Assembly (NCBI GenBank): GCA_964342845.1 | Contig: CAYFGV010000003.1 | Span: forward strand, 1-45,971 | Source of the DNA: Candidatus Woesearchaeota archaeon | GTDB taxonomy: Archaea > Nanobdellota > Nanobdellia > SCGC-AAA011-G17 > CAYFGV01 | Length of the DNA: 45,971 nt | Reading direction: 5' to 3' | Shown: positions 9,316 to 17,165 of the stretch, piece by piece | Layout: the number at the start of each line of letters is the position of its first letter | Position numbering within the stretch: the stretch's first letter is position 1 | Program-made: the position numbers and the translations under genes | Notes under the pieces: model-generated | Databases searched by the model: none | Told to the model about the DNA's origin: nothing | The model's input: only the letters and a program-made list of their open reading frames with translations

Positions 9316-10146
9316 ATGAAAAACACAGACCTACATACACATAGCCATTATTCGGATGGAAAAATTTCTCCAAAAGAATTAGTTAAACAAGCAAAACAAA
9401 AAAACATCAAGAACTTAGCATTAACAGATCATAACTCAGTAAATGGCATAGAAGAAGCAATCCAAGAAGGAAAAAAACAAGGAATAAATATCATTCCAGG
9501 AGTTGAGATAGTTGTAAATGGTGGAGAAATGCTGGGCTATTTTATAGATTATAAAAATAAAGAACTCGAGAAAGCATTAAAAGAAAGTGCCAAAATAATT
9601 GAAGATATAAAAGTTAAGCCAACAATAAAACAAATGAAAAAACTAGGCGCAAAAATAAGTTACAAGGATTTGACAAAAGAATTCCCAAAATCTAAAGGAA
9701 AATGCTCCCCTACACATATAAGTATGTTCTTAATAAAAAAAGGCTATACAGAAAAAGAGTTAAGCGAATTTTATTCAAAAGTCGAAATAGAGACAACTAG
9801 GGGGAAAAAACTCTCAGCACTAAATGCAATAAAAATAATCAGAAAAGCAGGAGGAGTAGCTGTCCTAGCACATCCTTGGTTAAATAAAGAAGAATTTACA
9901 GAAAATAATATAAAAAAATACATAAGGGCAGGAATGAAAGGTATAGAAATAGATAACGGAGACAAAGACCAGTGGGGCAGAGATAAAAAAATAATAAACA
10001 AAATCAAAAAATTTGCTAAGAAATACAGTTTAATTTTAACTAAAGGAAGCGATTACCATGCTGTTTCTCGTCACTACCCCCTTCATCAACTTGGCGAAAC
10101 ACTATGTGACCAAAAAATTATAGAAGAATTAAAATCTAATCTTTAA
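9316..10146 (+). CDS. PHP-domain metal-dependent phosphoesterase (TrpH/YciV-like)
   Basis: 276 aa. DLHTHSHYSDG, LALTDHNS, LAHP and GSDYH metal-ligand motifs. Confidence 0.85.
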   Translation: MKNTDLHTHSHYSDGKISPKELVKQAKQKNIKNLALTDHNSVNGIEEAIQEGKKQGINIIPGVEIVVNGGEMLGYFIDYKNKELEKALKESAKIIEDIKVKPTIKQMKKLGAKISYKDLTKEFPKSKGKCSPTHISMFLIKKGYTEKELSEFYSKVEIETTRGKKLSALNAIKIIRKAGGVAVLAHPWLNKEEFTENNIKKYIRAGMKGIEIDNGDKDQWGRDKKIINKIKKFAKKYSLILTKGSDYHAVSRHYPLHQLGETLCDQKIIEELKSNL

Positions 10147-10435
10147 CTTCATCAAACTTCTCTTTACACCTAGCCTCTTTATGATAAACAAGATGAGATC
10201 CTCTTTTTTCAAACAAACTTATAGCAACAGAAACAACATTCTTACTGCTCTCTTCTAAATCTTTATCCGAAAGAATTTTCTTAGCCTCTTCAATACACTC
10301 TTTCATTAAAGAAACATTCTCAGCCCATGCTTTAGCTTCAACTTCTTTCTCTTCATCATCATTTAAAAAAATTTCTTCCCAGATAGGATAGTTACTTCCT
10401 TTAACAACTCTGGGAAAACTTTTACTAAAACTCAT
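10136..10435 (-). CDS. hypothetical acidic helical protein
   Basis: 99 aa. The ATG overlaps the stop of the upstream regulator gene (ATGA), which suggests co-translation. Confidence 0.5.
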   Translation of the reverse strand: MSFSKSFPRVVKGSNYPIWEEIFLNDDEEKEVEAKAWAENVSLMKECIEEAKKILSDKDLEESSKNVVSVAISLFEKRGSHLVYHKEARCKEKFDEVKD

Positions 10436-10704
10436 AAGAGGCTTCTAACTCTCTCGATATGTTCTGCTACTCTGTTACCATTATCAGTTAATTTAATTGT
10501 TTTAATCCTTCCTTGTTTTTCAAAAGCAACTAAGTTAGATTTCTCCATCTCTTGTAATATCTTTACAGCATGAGAATACGTACAGTCCACTTCTTTTGCC
10601 AACACTGATCCATATCTATTCTTACTACTACTCCTTAAAGCAACCAGAATCATTGCTGGTTTTCTTCTAAAAAAAACTTCGAATATATCTTTTTTCTTTA
10701 CCAT
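10432..10704 (-). CDS. winged-helix transcriptional regulator (ArsR/MarR-like)
   Basis: 90 aa. YGSVLAKEVDCTYSHAVKILQEMEKSNLV looks like HTH helices, followed by a beta-wing (FEKQGRIKTIKLT). Confidence 0.6.
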   Translation of the reverse strand: MVKKKDIFEVFFRRKPAMILVALRSSSKNRYGSVLAKEVDCTYSHAVKILQEMEKSNLVAFEKQGRIKTIKLTDNGNRVAEHIERVRSLL

Positions 10705-10825
10705 TTAACCACCCGAAATAGGGAACTCAATCCCATATATAAACATTTACAGTTTAGAACATAACTATTGTAATATATAAGTTTACCGATACTATTTAAA
10801 GAAAGTAAAACTAAAATTCAAAAAC

Positions 10826-10833
10826 TTTATATA
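10826..10833 (+). promoter_or_regulatory. TATA box (TTTATATA) for serS
   Basis: AAAACTTTATATA, 30 nt upstream of the ATG at 10856. Confidence 0.5.
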
Positions 10834-10855
10834 CCTACTAAGAACAAATCAAGTT

Positions 10856-12130
10856 ATGATTGACATAAAAATAATTAGAGAGAATCCTAATGTAATTATT
10901 GATGACTTAAAGAAAAGAAAAGACACAGAAAAGATAGTTTGGCTTAAAGACTTGATTAAAAAAGATAAAGAAGCAAATGAAATAAAACAAAAAATAGATT
11001 CACTAAGACATAAAAGAAATACACTTTCAAAAGAAATCAATCAATTAAAAAAACAAAACAAAGATATAAAGCATTTACTAAAAGAAGTAAAAGAAATTCC
11101 AACAAAAATAAAAAACCTAGAAGATAAACATCAAAAACTAAGAGAAAAAATAAAATACTATTTAATGAGGCTCCCAAACTTAACTCACAAGTCTGTACCT
11201 TACGGAAAAGACGATCAAGACAACAAAGTAACCAGTAAGTGGGGAGAAATAAAAAAACAAGAACTAAAACCTCACGGAGAAATAACAGAAGAATTAAATC
11301 TAATCAACTTCAAAAAAGCTGCAGAGGTTTCAGGAGCAGGTTTCCATTATCTAAAAAACGATTTAGCTCATTTAAATCTAGCCTTAATGCAGTTTACTAT
11401 AGATAATCTAACAAAGAAAGGATATGAATTAGTTATTCCTCCTTTAATGCTTAGAAAAAAACCATATGAAGGCGTAACAGATATAGAAGACTTCAAAAAT
11501 GTAATGTATAAGATAGAAGACGAAGACCTATACCTTATAGCAACATCTGAACATCCAATTGCAGCCATGTACATGAATGAAACAATCCCTGAACAAGATC
11601 TACCTTTAAAAATTATTGGTATTTCTCCTTGTTTTAGAAAAGAAATAGGGTCTAGAGGTATAGACACTAAAGGATTATTCAGAATTCATCAATTTTGGAA
11701 AATAGAACAATTTATTTTCTGTAAACCAGAAGATTCCTGGAAATATCACGAAGAACTACAAAAAAATTCAGAAGAACTCTACAAAAAACTAAAACTTCCA
11801 TTCAGAGTAGTTAATGTATGCACAGGAGACTTAGGCATAGCAGCAGCAAAAAAATATGACATAGAAGCTTGGTTTCCAAGACAAAAAGCCTACAAAGAAG
11901 TTGGCTCAAATTCTAATTGCACAGATTACCAATCAAGAAGATTGAATATAAAGTATATAGACAAGTCTAATAAAAGACAACTAATCCACACTTTAAATAA
12001 TACAGCAATAGCAACATCAAGAACAATGGTAGCTATCTTGGAAAATTACCAAAAAAATAACAAAGTAAAAATCCCAGCTGTGTTAAAACCATATATGTAT
12101 GGTAAAAATTATCTAGGAGAACAAAAATGA
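10856..12130 (+). CDS. serS: seryl-tRNA synthetase
   Basis: 424 aa. N-terminal coiled-coil arm. Class II motif 2 FRKEIGSRGIDTKGLFRIHQF, then GDLGIAAAKKYDIEAW and the motif 3 region NNTAIATSRTMVAILE. Confidence 0.95.
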   Translation: MIDIKIIRENPNVIIDDLKKRKDTEKIVWLKDLIKKDKEANEIKQKIDSLRHKRNTLSKEINQLKKQNKDIKHLLKEVKEIPTKIKNLEDKHQKLREKIKYYLMRLPNLTHKSVPYGKDDQDNKVTSKWGEIKKQELKPHGEITEELNLINFKKAAEVSGAGFHYLKNDLAHLNLALMQFTIDNLTKKGYELVIPPLMLRKKPYEGVTDIEDFKNVMYKIEDEDLYLIATSEHPIAAMYMNETIPEQDLPLKIIGISPCFRKEIGSRGIDTKGLFRIHQFWKIEQFIFCKPEDSWKYHEELQKNSEELYKKLKLPFRVVNVCTGDLGIAAAKKYDIEAWFPRQKAYKEVGSNSNCTDYQSRRLNIKYIDKSNKRQLIHTLNNTAIATSRTMVAILENYQKNNKVKIPAVLKPYMYGKNYLGEQK

Positions 12131-12384
12131 ATGAAGATGGAGAAATGAATGTATATTCGGGTGAAGCAAGAGAACAATTAACAGACTCTGACGAAATAAA
12201 TGAACTAGAAGAAGGGTTTATGAAGGGCTATGAAGAAGAAACAAGTGCAGCTGAATGTGCAAACTGTCATAGAATTCTAACAGATGAACTAGTAGAAGAA
12301 GAATTCGATGGAGAAGTTCACAGATTTTGTTCTGAGGATTGCGCAACTAAATTTGAAGAAAAACGCGCCCACGAACATCTTTAA
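12127..12384 (+). CDS. small acidic TRASH/zinc-finger protein
   Basis: 85 aa. CANC-x20-CSEDC fits the TRASH pattern C-x2-C-x19-22-C-x3-C. ATGA overlap with the serS stop. Confidence 0.6.
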   Translation: MNEDGEMNVYSGEAREQLTDSDEINELEEGFMKGYEEETSAAECANCHRILTDELVEEEFDGEVHRFCSEDCATKFEEKRAHEHL

Positions 12385-14057
12385 TTTTTTAATAATTTTT
12401 TATAAGTATAAGTATTTACTATGTCTTTCTTTTCAGCCCAACCTCTCCTTGCTTGCCCAACACCTAATTTCATAAGATCTAATTGGCCAACTGAATGAGC
12501 ATCAGTATTAATACATAATTTAACTTTATTCTCAACACACTTCCTTATATAATAATCATTTAAGTCTAAACGAAGAGGAGAAGAATTAACCTCTAAAATC
12601 TTTCCTGTCTCTTTAGCCATCTGAAGAACTTTATCCATATCTAATTTACTCGCAGGCCTATAATTAATCACCCTTGTAGTAGGATGAGCTAAAATATGTG
12701 TATTTTCATTTTTCATTGCTTTCAAAACCCTTCTAGTAATTTCCTCTTTACTAGCTCTTTGTCCAGTATGAAGAGACATTAGAACAACATCTAATTTTTT
12801 CAAAACATCATCAGAATAATCTAGGTTCCCTTTCTTTAAAATATCAACCTCTGCACCAGCTAAAACTTTTATACCTTTAATATTCTTACTTGTCTTTTTA
12901 ATCTTCTTAACATGCTCTAAAATTTCATCTTCATTCAAACCTCCAGCAACAAATAAAGATTTAGAATGTTCAGTAATAGCTATATATTCATAACCTTTAG
13001 ATTTAGCAGCTAAAATCATGTTCTTAATAGAACCAGTAGCATCTGAAGTAACATTAGTATGCACATGCAGATCTCCTTTAATATCTTTCAGCTTAACTAA
13101 ATTAGGAAGCTTTTTCAAATTTAATTCTCCTGTGTTGTTTCTCATCTCAGGTTGAATATAACCTAAACCTAATTTCTTATAAATTTCCCTTTCATTAACT
13201 CCAGCTATTTTTCTTTTTCCTTTAAACAAACCATACTCATTCAACTTATACTTTTTCTTAATAGCCAGCTGTCTTGTCTTTATACTATGCTCTTTACTTC
13301 CTGTAAAATATTGCAGAGCAGCCCCATAACTCTCTCTCTTTATCAATCTTAAATCAACCTGAACATCATTATCTAATAATATAGTACTTTTAGTTCCTCC
13401 TTTAGCTAACACTTTCTTAACATTTTCTAATTTAGTAAATTTACCAATTAATTTCTTATCAGAAGAAACAGCTAACAAATCTATATCTCCTATGGTTTCT
13501 TCCATTCTTCTTAAAGAACCAGCATAAACAACTTTGTAAGGTTTTAAATTATTTATAATATTTTCAGCAGTTATCAAAGCCTCTCCTAACAACATCCTTT
13601 TCTTCCTTCTTTTAAATAATTGAATAGCCTCTTTAATATTTTGTTCACTTTTCTCCCCAAAACCTTCTAACTTAGCAATCTTATGTTTTTTAACAGCCTT
13701 TTCTAAATCTTTCAAACTTTTAATTTTAAGTTTCTGATGTAAGACTAAAATTCTCTTAGCTCCCAATCCAAGAACACCCATTAAGTTCTCCAACCCATTA
13801 GGAATCTTTTTCTTTAACAACAAATATTCTTTAATCTCTCCTGTTTCCAAATATTCTACAATTTTCTTTTTAATTCCTTCACCAACACCAGGAATATCTT
13901 TTAATTTATCTTTTTCATATAAAACTTTAACATCTTCTTTTAAGTTTTCAATAGCTCTTGCAACTTTCCTATAAGCTTGAGGTTTCCACCTAACTCTCTT
14001 TAACTCTAAAATATCTGCAATATCATAAAAAATTTTAGCTAATTCATAATTTTTCAT
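12381..14057 (-). CDS. polX: DNA polymerase X with C-terminal PHP domain (PolX)
   Basis: 558 aa. HhH-rich N-terminus, Pol-beta nucleotidyltransferase motif GSLRRMEETIGDIDLL, PHP motif DLHVHTNVTSD. Confidence 0.9.
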   Translation of the reverse strand: MKNYELAKIFYDIADILELKRVRWKPQAYRKVARAIENLKEDVKVLYEKDKLKDIPGVGEGIKKKIVEYLETGEIKEYLLLKKKIPNGLENLMGVLGLGAKRILVLHQKLKIKSLKDLEKAVKKHKIAKLEGFGEKSEQNIKEAIQLFKRRKKRMLLGEALITAENIINNLKPYKVVYAGSLRRMEETIGDIDLLAVSSDKKLIGKFTKLENVKKVLAKGGTKSTILLDNDVQVDLRLIKRESYGAALQYFTGSKEHSIKTRQLAIKKKYKLNEYGLFKGKRKIAGVNEREIYKKLGLGYIQPEMRNNTGELNLKKLPNLVKLKDIKGDLHVHTNVTSDATGSIKNMILAAKSKGYEYIAITEHSKSLFVAGGLNEDEILEHVKKIKKTSKNIKGIKVLAGAEVDILKKGNLDYSDDVLKKLDVVLMSLHTGQRASKEEITRRVLKAMKNENTHILAHPTTRVINYRPASKLDMDKVLQMAKETGKILEVNSSPLRLDLNDYYIRKCVENKVKLCINTDAHSVGQLDLMKLGVGQARRGWAEKKDIVNTYTYKKLLKN

Positions 14058-14126
14058 AAAGTAATTTTAATTTATAGATTTAAATAATTTGTTGTAAATT
14101 GAACGGTTTTAAAAATTAATTTTCTG

Positions 14127-14139
14127 AAAGTAGTTACAA
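14127..14139 (+). promoter_or_regulatory. upstream promoter element AAAGTAGTTACAA
   Basis: Lies 21 nt upstream of the TATA at 14148. A near-identical element (AAAGTAGTAACAA, 16523-16535) lies 21 nt upstream of the TATA at 16544. Confidence 0.35.
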
Positions 14140-14147
14140 TAAAAAGC

Positions 14148-14156
14148 TTTATAAAA
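14148..14156 (+). promoter_or_regulatory. TATA box (TTTATAAAA) for the AAA ATPase gene
   Basis: AAAAAGCTTTATAAAA, 30 nt upstream of the ATG at 14178. Confidence 0.5.
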
Positions 14157-14177
14157 TCTACTCTATCTCCAAAATAT

Positions 14178-15419
14178 ATGGCTGAACTACCCTATCACGA
14201 AGTAAAAGACTTAATTGAAAAAGAATTAGATTTGTACAATTCTAAGATAGATGAAGGGACAGAACTCCCTGAAATAGAATTAAAAAAACAAGGGAAAGAC
14301 ACAGAAATAAGTTTTAAGGTTAATAAACATGCAGATTTTTATAAGATTGCTCAAATAATCTTAACTCCTATAGGAAAAATGGAAGCAAGGACTTCCTTAG
14401 GAAATCTAACTTTTATGGATAAAAAACATAGTATTTGTATCCACCCGGACTTTTTCAATTCCATCTCTTACGATAAAGAAGGGGATTTAACAAGCGAGGA
14501 ATTAGACTCTTTATTTGAAGCTTATAAAATCGGAAATTTAATCGACAATCTAACCGACCCAACAATCCGTCTAAGAGACTACGGAGTTTCTGTTTACAAA
14601 CCAGACAAGTCGTTCTCTTGGGATTATCTTGCTGGTTATGACAAAGTAAAACAAGAAATAAAAGATACTGTAATCCTGTCATTAAAACACCAAGACATAT
14701 ATGATGAAGTTTCCAAAGGAACAAGAAAAGTCTACGAGACAAATAGACCAAAAGCTGTTTTATTTGAAGGTCCTCCCGGAACAGGCAAGACTACAATGGC
14801 AAGGGTTATTGCAGGGGAAGTTGAAGCACCTTTAGTTTATGTTCCTGTTGAGAGCATAATGACTAAATGGTATGGTGAAAGTGAAAGAAATCTTTCAGGA
14901 ATATTTGACACTTGTAATGAAATGGGAAATACATTACTATTTCTTGATGAAATAGATTCTTTAGCAACTTCTAGAGACAATGATATTCATGAAGCAACAA
15001 GAAGGGTTTTATCTGTGCTATTAAGAAAAATAGATGGTTTTGAACCAAATGAAAGGACAATATTAATTGGAGCTACAAATAGAAAAAAAGATTTAGACGC
15101 AGCCTTGCTAAGCAGATTTGATTTAAGTATCTATTTTTCACTCCCAAATAAATCAGAACGTGCAACAATATTCAGTAATTATGCTAACCAACTCGACCAA
15201 CAAGATCTTGAACAACTTGCAAGAAATTCTGAGCAAATGTCTGGAAGAAATATAAAAGACCTCTGTGAACATACAGAAAGGAAATGGGCTTCTAAGATCA
15301 TAAAAGGTTTAGAAAAAGGATTACCTCCTTTAGAAGAATATCTTGAAATTATTAAAACAAGAGAAGAGTTAAAAAAGAATTTAAACATCTCCAATGTATT
15401 CAGAAATTATCACAAATAA
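14178..15419 (+). CDS. AAA+ family ATPase with a unique about 190-aa N-terminal domain
   Basis: 413 aa. Walker A GPPGTGKTT, Walker B LLFLDEIDS, second region of homology ATNRKKDLDAALLSRFD. Confidence 0.85.
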   Translation: MAELPYHEVKDLIEKELDLYNSKIDEGTELPEIELKKQGKDTEISFKVNKHADFYKIAQIILTPIGKMEARTSLGNLTFMDKKHSICIHPDFFNSISYDKEGDLTSEELDSLFEAYKIGNLIDNLTDPTIRLRDYGVSVYKPDKSFSWDYLAGYDKVKQEIKDTVILSLKHQDIYDEVSKGTRKVYETNRPKAVLFEGPPGTGKTTMARVIAGEVEAPLVYVPVESIMTKWYGESERNLSGIFDTCNEMGNTLLFLDEIDSLATSRDNDIHEATRRVLSVLLRKIDGFEPNERTILIGATNRKKDLDAALLSRFDLSIYFSLPNKSERATIFSNYANQLDQQDLEQLARNSEQMSGRNIKDLCEHTERKWASKIIKGLEKGLPPLEEYLEIIKTREELKKNLNISNVFRNYHK

Positions 15420-15661
15420 CTTTTAGCCATCTTTAACATCTTCTCAAAATAATCAACCCTTCTAGCAAAGTTTCTCTTTCTAGTTGCACTTCCTCCTTCT
15501 TCAAACAACCTTTTACTATCTTCAATTTGTATTTCTAAAAATTCAACTAATTCCTCTTTATTATTCATCCCTTTATCTCTAATCAAAGAAAGTAACTCAG
15601 CAAACTCTAACCTCTCTTGAACATTCCTAGGAACTTTCCTATGTACCCATTCTTCAAACAT
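15410..15661 (-). CDS. hypothetical helical protein
   Basis: 83 aa, ATG start, protein-like charged composition. Convergent with the AAA gene, overlapping it by 10 nt. Confidence 0.45.
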   Translation of the reverse strand: MFEEWVHRKVPRNVQERLEFAELLSLIRDKGMNNKEELVEFLEIQIEDSKRLFEEGGSATRKRNFARRVDYFEKMLKMAKSYL

Positions 15662-15758
15662 ATATCCTATAATAGTGTTCTATATTTAAAAAAGTTGCTA
15701 TTTAATCAAAATTTAAAATTCATAACATTTATAATTAAATCAAACATTTCATAAAAAT

Positions 15759-16523
15759 ATGGAAATATGGATTGACACAGCAGACATTAATCAAATTAAA
15801 GAAGCTTACAAGTGGGGAATAGTCTCTGGAGTAACAACTAACCCTTCCCTTATAGTAAAAGCTCAAAAAAAATATGGGATAAGTGATTTCTCCATGCAAA
15901 AATATATTTTGAGCATCTTTGAAATAACAAAAGATGACCCAGTAAGTCTAGAAGTAACATCAACAGATTGCGAAGGAATGTATAATCAAGCAAAAAATTT
16001 ACACCAAACATTTTCTGAGTACGGAAAACCTGTTATTAAAATTCCAATCAACCCTTCAGAAGAAAATAAAGCAAATTATGATGGGCTAATAGTTACCAGT
16101 AGATTAGCTAAAGAAGGAATCCTAACAAATGTAACTTTAGGATTTACACCAGAACAAGCACTTCTAGCAGCAAGAGCAGGCGCAACCTATTTCAGTCCAT
16201 TTTTAGGAAGAGAAGATGATTATATAAAAAATAAAGAACTAAAACATGATAATGGCATAACAGGCGGAGCAGATTTACTTGAAAATATAATGGATGTTCT
16301 AAACCCCTATGGCTTTTCAACTAAAGTAATATCAGCATCTATAAGGGATATTTCACATGTTAGAAATTCTGCAAAAGCAGGAGCCCATATAGCCACAATA
16401 CCTTTCAAAATCCTAGAAGAAATGGCAAAACACGAAAAAACAGCAGAAGGAGTAAAATTATTTGTAGAAGACTCAAGAAAAGTCCCAGAATATGAAGCAT
16501 TATGCAATTATTCCTCTTCTTAA
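15759..16523 (+). CDS. transaldolase / fructose-6-phosphate aldolase (TalC/FSA subfamily)
   Basis: 254 aa. DTADINQIKE...GVTTNPSLI and the Schiff-base lysine context PVIKIP. TATA-like TTTATAAT at 15728-15735. Confidence 0.85.
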   Translation: MEIWIDTADINQIKEAYKWGIVSGVTTNPSLIVKAQKKYGISDFSMQKYILSIFEITKDDPVSLEVTSTDCEGMYNQAKNLHQTFSEYGKPVIKIPINPSEENKANYDGLIVTSRLAKEGILTNVTLGFTPEQALLAARAGATYFSPFLGREDDYIKNKELKHDNGITGGADLLENIMDVLNPYGFSTKVISASIRDISHVRNSAKAGAHIATIPFKILEEMAKHEKTAEGVKLFVEDSRKVPEYEALCNYSSS

Positions 16524-16535
16524 AAGTAGTAACAA
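16523..16535 (+). promoter_or_regulatory. upstream promoter element AAAGTAGTAACAA
   Basis: Second copy of the 13-nt element (1 mismatch), at the same 21-nt distance from its TATA box. Confidence 0.35.
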
Positions 16536-16543
16536 CCAAAACC

Positions 16544-16551
16544 TTTATAAA
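16544..16551 (+). promoter_or_regulatory. TATA box (TTTATAAA) for the metallophosphoesterase-topA operon
   Basis: CAAAACCTTTATAAA, 34 nt upstream of the ATG at 16578. Confidence 0.5.
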
Positions 16552-16577
16552 CCCTATAGATTTCTTTTAAAAAGAAA

Positions 16578-17165
16578 ATGAAAATTTTAGCAGCTGGTGA
16601 TATTCACTCAGATAAAGATTTAGCTAAGAGACTAGCTAATAAAGCAGAAAAAGAACAAGTAGATTTAATTATATTAAACGGAGATATAGTAGAAGAAAAT
16701 CAAACAGAAGGTATTCTTGGAGCTTTCAAAAATAAAAAATTAGTAATTTTACCTGGAAACCACGAAATTTTAGCTACTACTGATTTCTTAGCAGAGTTAT
16801 ATGGTGTAAAAAATCTTCACGGTTATTCTGTAATATACAATGATATAGGTTTTTTTGGAGCAGGAGGAGCAGACATAGGCCCAGGAGCTGTATCAGAATC
16901 AGAACTTTTCGAAACACTTAAGAAAGCACATAGTGGTTTAAAGAATGTTAAAACAAAAATAATGGTAACACATCAACATCCAAAAGGAAGCAAATCAGAA
17001 TTCTCTGGTATAGAAGGAAGCCTAGCTATAAAGAAAGCTCTAGAAGAATTTAAACCAGACTTATTAATTCACGGACACATACATGAAGCAGAAGGCATAG
17101 AAGAAAAGATAGGAAAAACAAAAGTAATAAATGTAGGCAGAAAAGGAAAAATAATTGAAATATGA
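16578..17165 (+). CDS. calcineurin-like metallophosphoesterase
   Basis: 195 aa. GDIHSD, NGDIVE, GNHE, THQHP and GHIHE metal-binding motifs. The stop overlaps the topA ATG (ATGA). Confidence 0.8.
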   Translation: MKILAAGDIHSDKDLAKRLANKAEKEQVDLIILNGDIVEENQTEGILGAFKNKKLVILPGNHEILATTDFLAELYGVKNLHGYSVIYNDIGFFGAGGADIGPGAVSESELFETLKKAHSGLKNVKTKIMVTHQHPKGSKSEFSGIEGSLAIKKALEEFKPDLLIHGHIHEAEGIEEKIGKTKVINVGRKGKIIEI

